37,804 nt of DNA from a virus (Duplodnaviria > Caudoviricetes). A model generated the notes under the pieces. That model was not told the DNA's origin, searched no databases, and saw nothing but the letters and a program-made list of their open reading frames with translations. A program made the position numbers and the translations under genes. Positions 1 through 8,518 of the stretch are shown here, in pieces. The stretch is from positions 1 to 37,804 of the IMG/VR virus record IMGVR_UViG_3300016657_000052. One strand, written 5' to 3'. Each line of letters begins with the position of its first letter. The stretch's first letter is position 1.

Positions 1-896
1 CCACACCGGCAGGTACATCGGCAGTGATATAGAACTTGATGCAGGCCGTATCCAGCAGCAGTGGGTTACCATCTGCACGGAAGCCTTCGTCGACACTACC
101 ACTAAACCGTTTCTTCCCTGAAGAAGTCAGGCGTTTCCCCAACTGGCGATCCGAGTAATCAGCCAATTGACGCAGGCTGGCACTCATGTCTTCTTTATCG
201 CCGTGGTAGAAAATCTCCATGCGTTCCAGTTTCCCAGTAAAGCAGGAAGTCGGTGCTTGAGAGCCCATGACTTTCAGGGTTTCCAAACTCTCCTCATCGA
301 AGAGCTTGTTATCCGAAGTGATAGCATCTTCGATTATACATAGGATATCGCCCTCGGTTAGATCCGCACCTGGCTTAACCATACGGTGAATGTGCTGTTT
401 GAAGTCCACCACTACCGTTTTGATCTTCGTCATTTTGGTGCGAAGCAGCTCTGCAGTCTCTTTCGAAATTGCCGAGGAGTCTTCCAATGTTACCGGTGCT
501 TCCATCAGAACTACGTTGGTCAGTACACCTGCTTTCATTACCACATTGCTGGGGTTAAGCAGATCCTTCTCAAAGAAGCCATCATTGAAAGCCAGTACAT
601 CACCAGCTTTAAACTTCTCACCAACTTGCAGCCCTGTAACTACGGAGTGCGGAATAGTCAGACCACCAGCAGCACCATAGCGACGACCCAGTTCGATACC
701 CTTACGAGTACCGTCAGCATATTCAACGATAATCCCTTCATCGGAGATGGAGATCACTTTACCGTCTTGACGTGCTGTAGTACAGAACAGATCACCAGTA
801 CGATGACCAATCACTTGTTCATACCCAGTACGCACTGCTGCTTGAGTGTAACCTGCACATGGCACAACGTGCCGCTGTTGAATGCCGATAAAATTG
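1..896 (-). CDS. rpoB: Virion RNA polymerase beta subunit (phiKZ gp178-like), exon 3; continues past the window start
   Basis: Not in the ORF track because it has no start codon. Manual translation of the open minus frame gives NFIGIQQRHVVPCAGYTQAAVRTGYE...LEDSSAIS...FYITADVPAGV, matching RNAP beta motifs (TGxE, EDS, lead-in to GDK). C896 completes the GTC (Val) codon split by intron 2. Confidence 0.9.
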
Positions 897-1536
897 CCTA
901 TTGTCCACTTGATCCGTTGTGCAATGCACGCTCTATCAAGCCGGTGCGCTTCCTGGCACCCGCCCACGGCTTTCCCGTGGGAGCAGACTATATCTTCTTC
1001 CCTTAGGAAGCTTCCTGTTTCGCTTTAAAGGCTTTCGCCTACCACTTGGCGCTACGAGCCGACGCTCTAGTCGTTGAACCTTTCCCATGCCTTTCGGTTT
1101 AGGGACTTGGCTGCTATAGGAGTCCTTAGGACTCACGGTTACCCAATCCGCTTCGTTTTTAGACCATCGCGCCCATCCTTTCGGATCACGTTGTGGTGAA
1201 GCAGCTCTAAGGGACTTCCAGCAATTAAAGAAGTTATTCGACTATTTTTTCAAATAGAAGGGGCAATTTGTATAATTGAAAGTATTCGAGTATCGATGTT
1301 TGAAAAAGACAATACTTCGTCTTTGTATTTAACCTGCGTTCCGTCATCAAACATTTTCTGCCCCCGATGTTTTAATCGGTAGTTCAAGGTGGTTGCCAGC
1401 ATACCGAGAGCATCAGCGCATTCTTTAGCACTAGAGTACTCGGTAATGGACCCCGTTTTATTGTCCTTGACCAAAACAGGTTTAACGCGCAACGTATTTA
1501 AGATAGCGAACACTTTACAACAATACAAAAACATTT
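897..1536 (-). mobile_element. Group I self-splicing intron 2 (IA-like, 640 nt) in the vRNAP beta gene
   Basis: Minus-strand core elements: P AATTGCTGGAA (1226-1216), Q AGCAGCCAAG (1115-1106), R TCAACGACTA (1077-1068), S GAAGATATAGTCT (997-985), and P3 CUUCUU/AGGAAG. The 5' exon ends in U (CGGGU) and the intron ends in G (897). IGS GCCC (1264-1261) gives the U.G pair. Splicing restores KRVNFIG in frame. Confidence 0.92.
1250..1534 (-). CDS. Intron-encoded NUMOD1-like HTH DNA-binding mini-protein, probable homing endonuclease remnant without a nuclease domain
   Basis: 94 aa. KPVLVKDNKTGSITEYSSAKECADALG resembles the NUMOD1/IENR1 motif of intron endonucleases. No GIY-YIG or HNH motif is visible. 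Lies in the P1 loop of intron 2. Confidence 0.6.
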   Translation of the reverse strand: MFLYCCKVFAILNTLRVKPVLVKDNKTGSITEYSSAKECADALGMLATTLNYRLKHRGQKMFDDGTQVKYKDEVLSFSNIDTRILSIIQIAPSI

Positions 1537-2981
1537 ACCCGTTTAGGATCGTCTCGATCAGACCCAGGTGAGAGTAGTGCCGAAGTGGACAACAGAGAAG
1601 ATGTTTCAATCTCCGATGGATCTTGTGGTTGACTTACACCACGAATAGACGTAAAGGTCGGGTTAGCAGAAGTGTAGATGTTAATTGCCACATCACCACT
1701 ATCCACAGTCGATTCAGAAATCGTACCCATCTCGTTTTTATGGTAAATACGAGTACTCTTAGTCATGGAGCGACCAGAGCGACCACCTACACCACTATAG
1801 GTTACGGCTTCCACTTCTTTAAGGTTCTGTACCGGGTTGATATCCTCTACTAGCGATACCGATGGATCCTGACTAATTGTCCGCCATACTGCGTGCGGGT
1901 TCAGTTCGATGGATTGGCGCGCGCGGTCTGAGCGACTGTTGTGAGATTTAACAGCAGTCACCAGTTCGCGATAGGCGATGCCAGCGAGTCGTTCGTAACC
2001 TTTGATGCGCATGTACTGCGGATCCATTTCTTCCGGATGGTAATCCAGCAGCAACAGTTCCGAGGCCCGGATCAATAGGCCACGCCAGTCAGTGGGTTCT
2101 TTCATGTCCACCAACAGTTCAAACGTAATTGGATCAACGAACAGCTTATCGACGATATCGAGTTCGCGCAGCTGACGAACACCACCGCCTTTGATACTTT
2201 CCACCACGTTCAGGTAAACGCCAGGCTTATTGAATTCATGAGCACTGAAGTGACGCGTTGCCTCTTCCATGTCATAGAACCCACCCATCACCATAGCGGC
2301 TACACCATCTTCCCGACTAAAGATGTGGGTTTCATCAGCAAAGACTACCGGGAACTCTTCCGGTGCCAATTGCAAACGTTGCCCTGCCGGAACGACACGT
2401 GGTTGTACTTTCAGGATCTGACAAAGTTTGTCGTAGCCGTAGTAGTACGCCAGAATAATGCCAATTGGTAGCTTTTTACCAGAGACTTTCATCTCGGCAA
2501 ATTCCACCGGTCGCTTAGCCAATATGAGCCCAGCCTGTTCTTCAAACGACGGCAATTCTGAAACGATACCATTCGAAACCGAATACAGCCCGCCCAACTT
2601 GTCCATCAGCATCTTATCGCCGTTCTTATTAATAGCGACGACGATAGTGCCATCCTTCTCATGTTCCTTCAGGAACTCAGCACCAAACAAAGTTTCCCTT
2701 GCCGTGTGATCCAGCATCCAAGTCCAGCCATTGATGGTGACCGAACGGAAAGCTTGCGCTAGGACACTGTACAGACGCGGTGCTTTGAACTTGTTATCGA
2801 ACACATTGCTTGGATGGATGTCCACCACATTGGTGTTCTGTGCGTCCAGGCCAGCCGCCATCAGAGCGTTGTTAATCCATGTCGTGTAGTTGGCCGTCCG
2901 CTTATCAGACCGTTTGATAAACATCTTACCATAGTAGCTAGTCAACGCTACAGTGTCAGTATTCGTTTTACGAATGGGTAG
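1537..2981 (-). CDS. rpoB: Virion RNA polymerase beta subunit, exon 2
   Basis: Core of ORF 1515..2990: LPIRK...TSYYGK...GGRSGRSM...GTISESTVDSGDVAIN...DRDDPKRV, which are RNAP beta-like motifs. The annotated MGM start and NVFVLL tail are intron sequence. Confidence 0.9.
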
Positions 2982-3375
2982 CATCCCCATTCAAAATGGA
3001 CCATATCACCACCCTACATTCTTTGCAGAATAATCGGGCGCCTACCGTTTCGGGGTTGATTCACATCAATGCCCTACTCTACTTGCTTTAATCGTTTTAG
3101 AAACGACCACCACATTGGATAATGGTGTCATTACCCCCGTCGCCGGGGTGTAGCTTTCGATGGCCTCTGAACACACCCCATATCCCTTAGGACTTAGAGG
3201 CTTCGTTGCGTCGGTTATGTCTCTCAAGGACGTTTTCACCATGCCTGTTTGGAACATTACCCTACAGGTATTACACTGTATTTCTACGTGTAAGTGGTAG
3301 ACCATGAGATTATAGACGTTTTCCCGCAGTTAGGTAGGTTTTCTTGTACCGTATTACTACGGTACGGGGACCGTT

Positions 3376-3402
3376 ATGGTCAAGGCTACTTATTTAAAAA
3401 GA
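3376..3402. repeat. 27-bp inverted repeat, copy A (pairs with 4834-4860)
   Basis: atggtcaaggctacttatttaaaaaga versus the reverse complement of 4834-4860, atggacaaggctacttatttaaacaga: 25/27 identical. Confidence 0.9.
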
Positions 3403-4869
3403 TTTGAATAGGACTTTAAAGCCCTCAACTACTTTTTTGATCTCAATCTCTAGCTTGCGAATTGGTACATTGCTTGGTATGTTGAAGTGCTTGTATACAT
3501 CTAAGATCGATGAGAAAGCCGTAGCCTTGTCGTTGACAGCACACCAAACTTTATACTTCTTCCGGAGCCGAGAAACCAACGTATTTTCTACAGAACCATC
3601 GCTCAAGTTCAGGTATGTGAGTACGATCAAATCACCGCCATGTTGTTTGACAAGTAATTTTTTCTTTTTGTCTCTTTCCTGAACCTTAACAAAAGCATTG
3701 TGACCACCGAATATGTCCACGGGCTTGTAATGCTGCTGTCCGTTGAACTCGATGTAAATATTGAGTTCAGGTAGATAGAAATCAAATCTGAAAAGATACG
3801 GTTTAATCCGATATTCTCGGATGTAGTTGATGCCGTATTTCTTCAAGAAAATTTCAACAGCCTTTTCGCCCTTTGATTCTTGGCAGAGTTGGCAACCATT
3901 ACCCGAACTGGTGTGGGTGTTTGGTTTCTGCCAGAAAGAACCATGTTTTGGACAAACGATTTCAACTTTGTGTTTGTTGCCATGGTAAACGACTTTACTA
4001 TAGTCGTAACTATCACCATGGATTTGACGAGCATTTCTGATAAACTCTTCCGTAGATAGCTTATTTTCTTCCAAGAAACATTTCTTACACTTACAGCCAG
4101 CTAAATGCGATGCTGCTCTTTGGGTGAAGTCACCATGTTTTGGACAAGTGATCGTAACTTTAGAGGCATTAGTAACATACTCGACTTTACTATAATCGTA
4201 CTTATCTCCATGCGCTATACGTGCTTTGGAGATAAAATCAGCAAGTGATAATCTATCGGCGCCGCTCGAGCAGTTAGGGCAACCACTGCCTTTTTCAGCG
4301 TGGTCGTAAACGCTTTGCCAGAATGATCCATGTACCGGACAACCGATTTCCATCTTGTCGGTTGCATTGCCTACAGTAACTTTACTGTAGTCGTACTTGT
4401 TGTTGTGGATCTTTTTAGCCTTTTCGAGTTGCTTCTGGTTTCTTATCTGTCGAGGTATTTCATAGTCGCATTTAGGACATCCATGTTTGAAAATGAAGTG
4501 TTGTGGCGGACTTGTTACAAAGTCCCCGTGAGCAGGACATGTTATCGTCACATCAACTTCTTTTCTCACATATTTGGTTTTAAGATATCTAAACTTATCA
4601 CCAAACTTGGATCTGGATCTCTGAATGAATTCTTCAGTTGTAAGTGCTCTATTGTTGTCGGATTTGATACGACCACATTCAGGACAACCGCACCCAGTGT
4701 AGTGTGCTGTTGCTTTCTGTGAAAACATGCCGTGTAAAAGACATGTTATCTGGATCCTATCCGTAGTGACAAATGTTTCTGGTATGAGATCGTAGTTGTA
4801 TGTTTCTTGGTTTGCTGGAAACCGTGAAAACAGTCTGTTTAAATAAGTAGCCTTGTCCATTTTCTTCAC
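3394..4869 (-). CDS. Intron-encoded homing endonuclease: five CxxHG..H..CxxC zinc-finger repeats (DUF723/CapR-like) plus a C-terminal Vsr/DUF559-like (EDxHD-type) nuclease
   Basis: Repeats CLLHG, CPAHG, CPVHG, CPKHG and CPKHG are each followed by CxxC, with HGDKYDYSKVEY-type linkers. The C-terminus reads SKGE...FRFDFYLPELNIYIEFNGQQHY...RD. The true start may be ATG 4860 (MDKATYL). Confidence 0.85.
   Translation of the reverse strand: MKKMDKATYLNRLFSRFPANQETYNYDLIPETFVTTDRIQITCLLHGMFSQKATAHYTGCGCPECGRIKSDNNRALTTEEFIQRSRSKFGDKFRYLKTKYVRKEVDVTITCPAHGDFVTSPPQHFIFKHGCPKCDYEIPRQIRNQKQLEKAKKIHNNKYDYSKVTVGNATDKMEIGCPVHGSFWQSVYDHAEKGSGCPNCSSGADRLSLADFISKARIAHGDKYDYSKVEYVTNASKVTITCPKHGDFTQRAASHLAGCKCKKCFLEENKLSTEEFIRNARQIHGDSYDYSKVVYHGNKHKVEIVCPKHGSFWQKPNTHTSSGNGCQLCQESKGEKAVEIFLKKYGINYIREYRIKPYLFRFDFYLPELNIYIEFNGQQHYKPVDIFGGHNAFVKVQERDKKKKLLVKQHGGDLIVLTYLNLSDGSVENTLVSRLRKKYKVWCAVNDKATAFSSILDVYKHFNIPSNVPIRKLEIEIKKVVEGFKVLFKSF
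4834..4860. repeat. 27-bp inverted repeat, copy B (first codons of the endonuclease from ATG 4860)
   Basis: Reverse complement of 3376-3402 with 2 mismatches. Confidence 0.9.
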
Positions 4870-4903
4870 CCCATGCTAACTTCACATAGGATAAGGAATT
4901 TTA

Positions 4904-6835
4904 ATCCCCTCTTTGTTTACGGATACGATATTTCACGCCATTGGCACGGTAGGTGCCGTCTTCCTGCACTGCTGGTAGACGGAATCGAACAGTGGAGGGC
5001 GTACCAATTACTGGATTCAGTCGGATCACGACATCATCGTAACTACCAGTAACATCCTCAACTCGCTCAACGTTGTAGTCGGTAACGGCAATACCTGCCT
5101 TTTGCAAGTTTACCACCATACCAGCCACATCACGATGCAGCACTTTAGTGACGTAATGTTCATCGAAGGTCAATAGTGACGACTTCAGCATCGATTTATC
5201 AGGAACAGTGTTAATGTCCTTAATCATCGGTGTCTGATTAATAACGGTCAGTTCTTTAGGAATGGTGATGTATTCCGCCAGAGACACTTCAGCACCGTTA
5301 TAGTCCGTTACTTTGATCTTCTTGTAGGATTCAGCTAGCGCCTGATACCGTTTGTATTCTGCTGCTGACAAAGAACCTTCGTCTGCCAAACGATCAAGTA
5401 CGGCAATCACACCTTGCTCAGGTGTCTTGATTGCCGACTCTTCCATAACGACATCAAGCTTTTGTGCTGTAACAGAAGCCGTCATTTCAGTGAGCTTCTT
5501 CAGCTCAGCCTCAATCGACTCCTCATCCAGCCCTTTCTTCTCGACGTCCTCAGCCGAATCCTGCTGTTGATCTTTAAGTGAGATCTGGTTCACTACCGTG
5601 GTGGTAGTGGTACCGTCCGTGGAATCCACAGACACGTGGCCAGTTTCAACACGCTCATGTAGATCCTGTACCAGATCAGTAGCATCTTGCGCGATCTCTT
5701 CCGGGTGAGTAGCTACAGTGCCTAGTTCAAATACGCGGATAAAGAACTTCATCAGACGAATTTGAATGTCACGTGGATCCAGACCTTTCTGAATGATCGG
5801 GACATATTTCGGTTCCGGATCAGGAATAGGCAGGTCTTCGTCCTCTAGCCACATTGGAATAGCTAGGTGCTCACCGTTAGGTGTTTTACGCCAGCTATCC
5901 AGTACACCCAGATTCAATACCGTCCAGTACATGCCATTGCGGAAGATCAAGTTGATTTTGTCGTAGTGACCCGTCAACAAAGTGATCATGCTGTCATGGC
6001 GATTCTTACCCAGCCATTTCCAGAGTTCCGCTACCATAAAGCCTTGCGGTCCCGGTACCCGACGAATCAGGCTAGCACCCAGTGCTTCCATACCCACGGC
6101 CAAGGTATCGTTCTCAAACTTAATCACTGCTGATTTGTTTTCGAACAAGACTTCGTGGTTCTCGGTGGCAATCCGATAGAAGGTATTGTCAGACAAACCG
6201 AAAGACTGACCACTTAGGTAGTCTTCCATCCCCAATGCTTCTTTGGTGGACAGTTCTTCTGGCGAAATGACATTGCTGCCAGTCGACTCCATCATGCGCA
6301 GCGTGCCGATATCCGGTAGACGCGCTGGTAGAGTCATCTCCAAGAAGATATTGCGGTCCGTCTGGGTACAGAGTTTGGCAATGGTGGTCAACGTAGTGTG
6401 AAAACCGTTATACCACTTATTGTACTCGGTATAGATGTTGCGGATGTATTTGTAACGCCGCTGCATCAAAGCCATATTGACAACATAAGGTACCAGAGGA
6501 TCTCGTACGGCTTGTTCGAAGCCACGCGAACGACGATACTTCTTATTCTGAATATGGTACTTACGGATGACGTTTTCAATCATCGCGTTGTTAGGGCGAG
6601 GATTCCCGTTCAGTGCCGACAGTTTGATGATGTGTGCCATCATCACCGGACGAGTCACTCGTTTCAAGTAGAGGTCGTCCAAACCCGGCCCGTCCTCCAC
6701 TTCACTGGAGGGCTGATAAATGTACACGCTTTCACGTGGCAACATCAACCTGTCCAGTTTAGTGAAAACAGGATTCTGTAGATGCTCTACTTTTCTAACG
6801 CCAAAGCGTCGGAAAAAGTCAGCGTAGATCAACAT
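4904..6835 (-). CDS. rpoB: Virion RNA polymerase beta subunit (phiKZ gp178-like), exon 1
   Basis: 644 codons ending ...NGVKYRIRKQRGD, the RNAP beta NG..R...Q motif. The TAA that follows is the first 3 nt of intron 1. Starts 6 nt downstream of the beta' gene. Confidence 0.9.
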
Positions 6836-6841
6836 TGCTGA

Positions 6842-8458
6842 TTACTCCACAGTGAGGTTATGGAAAATAAGGGCCAAGGTAGAAACGTCAATACTAGCCA
6901 GTGGTCTGCCGTCTGTACCGATATAGGCTTTCTTACTTGCCATGAATGCACGATTCTCCTCCACTGCGTCATCAGAGTAGACACATGGACCAGAGGCGGT
7001 GTCGCCGTCAAAGTCAGCGTCTAGCAGAGCCAGTCGAGACGAGTGAGGGATCATGCTGTTAACAAAGGCTTCGCCAACGATAGGGAATTGATGAGCAATG
7101 AACTCATCGTTTTGCGGACCCCAATCGTCATCCAGTTCGCGTAGTGCTTTGGCCTTCACCGTTGTCCGTAGGTAAACCAAGGACGGGTAGATAGAACCAG
7201 CACCCGTTACGGGGTAGCGTGTCAGCAACAACGGATACTTACCAACTACTCGGTAGAGGGAGATATACACCAACTCAGCCAAGGTAATTGGGAAGACATT
7301 CTTACGATCAAAGCCATCAGGCAAATCTTCGATATCGTAGAACACCTTAAAATAAGCATCGTCTTTATAAACAAGCGCTAAGTAACGACCATTGATTTCA
7401 ACGGGACGATGTCGAGCACTCTCGTTAGCCAAAGTACTGATGACTTTCTCAATACCTTCATCAGAACCCCAGTAGTCAAAGATCTCAGGCTTGACCCAGA
7501 CTTCTTCACGGCGTAGTGTTTTCTTGTCAATCAGATATACTGGTCGATCAATCGTAACAAACACGTCATGAAGAATACCATTGCGCATGTGGAATTGCGT
7601 AACCGGCAGCAAGTTCTTAGCTGCTTGGTAGATACCGATCTGCGTATGGTTAAAGCCTACTTCACCAGGACCATTGAGTTCTTTGGCATCGTTAAGCATT
7701 GCCGTAATTACGTTACGGGTACCGTTATACGTAGCACGAGTAGCCCACTTACCCATCAACAGCTTGTGCTTACCTTCAACGAGCTTTTCAATGTAGTTGT
7801 AAAGATCATTAAAAGTGCACTGCAAATTGTAGCGAGCACGGTTAATGGCACTGGGGCTCAACTTAACGGCCATATCGGCAATGGCGTTAGAGGTCGATAG
7901 CAGGCGCTTATAGAAACCGTTAATGTCCACTTCCCGAATACGACCATTCTCGTATTCCAGATCACGATAGCCAGCTGGCATAACGACAATCTTGGAAGTC
8001 AACGCCACATCACGATAACGTTCAATCAGCTTGATGGTCTGATCACGCGAAACAGTATCGGTGTCTTGGATATTGATGTCTTTCCAATGCGAGATAAAGA
8101 AATCAAAACCTGTTTCACCTTCTAGCGGACTAGCCCGTTCAAAGTCACGAGTATCGGGATTCCATTTAGCGTACTCGTTACCACTCATGATCTCTTGGTA
8201 AAGAGTCCGCATGCGAATCAAGCGGCGATAGATGATGGGATGGAAAATCTCTACTTTAATATCGATGTAAGAGAAAGCCATCTTGCGACGCTTATCACCT
8301 ACCTTACCGAAGATTTCTGTAGAGTAAAGACCATCAGGATGGAAATTATTGGTAGCCCCTTCTGTGATGTCCAGAGAGCGAACGGGTCGCAAATTCCGAA
8401 GCTTATCAGGCGAAAGTACCAATAGCGTAATATTAAAAGGAATGTCGAGGCGGTTCAT
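6842..8458 (-). CDS. rpoC: Virion RNA polymerase beta' subunit, catalytic part (phiKZ gp180-like)
   Basis: 538 aa with PDGLYSTEIFG, LMGKW...RNVI, TRYP and the catalytic DADFDGD motif. Confidence 0.93.
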   Translation of the reverse strand: MNRLDIPFNITLLVLSPDKLRNLRPVRSLDITEGATNNFHPDGLYSTEIFGKVGDKRRKMAFSYIDIKVEIFHPIIYRRLIRMRTLYQEIMSGNEYAKWNPDTRDFERASPLEGETGFDFFISHWKDINIQDTDTVSRDQTIKLIERYRDVALTSKIVVMPAGYRDLEYENGRIREVDINGFYKRLLSTSNAIADMAVKLSPSAINRARYNLQCTFNDLYNYIEKLVEGKHKLLMGKWATRATYNGTRNVITAMLNDAKELNGPGEVGFNHTQIGIYQAAKNLLPVTQFHMRNGILHDVFVTIDRPVYLIDKKTLRREEVWVKPEIFDYWGSDEGIEKVISTLANESARHRPVEINGRYLALVYKDDAYFKVFYDIEDLPDGFDRKNVFPITLAELVYISLYRVVGKYPLLLTRYPVTGAGSIYPSLVYLRTTVKAKALRELDDDWGPQNDEFIAHQFPIVGEAFVNSMIPHSSRLALLDADFDGDTASGPCVYSDDAVEENRAFMASKKAYIGTDGRPLASIDVSTLALIFHNLTVE

Positions 8459-8518
8459 TGCTAAACCCTATGAACGTAATTGTATACCAGTTTCAATTTA
8501 TACGGGAGCCAAGACAAC

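Larger units (their letters stand above)
2982..4903 (-). mobile_element. Group I self-splicing intron 1 (IA-like, 1,922 nt) carrying a homing endonuclease gene in the P1 loop
   Basis: Minus-strand P AACTGCGGGAA (3331-3321), R TCAGAGGCCAT (3170-3160), S GATATGGTCC (3007-2998), P3 CCUACC/GGUAGG (3338-3333/3046-3041), and P2 hairpin GTACCGTA-GTAA-TACGGTAC (3365-3346). IGS GUCCCC (3371-3366) pairs with the exon end GGGGAU, with U.G at the splice site. Terminal G is at 2982. Splicing restores RKQRGD|LPIRK. Confidence 0.92.

Noticed and set aside
386-1136. ORFs 386..1006 (+), 390..680 (+) and 936..1136 (-)
   Set aside because: These are antisense shadows of exon 3 or frames running through ribozyme core structure.
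893-1532. Alternative intron 2 boundaries (AAT|TTT)
   Set aside because: The same protein would result, but the intron would end in U rather than G and lose the U.G pair with the IGS.
1515-2990. Standalone 491-aa gene or pseudogenised RNAP fragments
   Set aside because: The MGM start and NVFVLL end are intron sequence, there is no convincing RBS, and splicing gives a continuous frame.
3066-3305. 79-aa ORF inside intron 1
   Set aside because: It overlaps the catalytic core (P5-P7 region) and has no recognisable protein features.
3376-4860. IS element with terminal inverted repeats
   Set aside because: The enclosed ORF has no DDE or HUH transposase motifs, and no flanking target duplication is seen. 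The repeat is better explained as a P1 extension.
2983-4909. T4 gene 60-style ribosomal bypass between the matched GGGGAT sites (take-off codon followed by TAA)
   Set aside because: Landing on the second GAT continues GCT ACC, out of frame with LPIRK. A full group I core explains the gap.
8459-8518. TATG late promoter in the divergent rpoC/tail intergenic region
   Set aside because: A 4-bp motif is too short to support from sequence alone.
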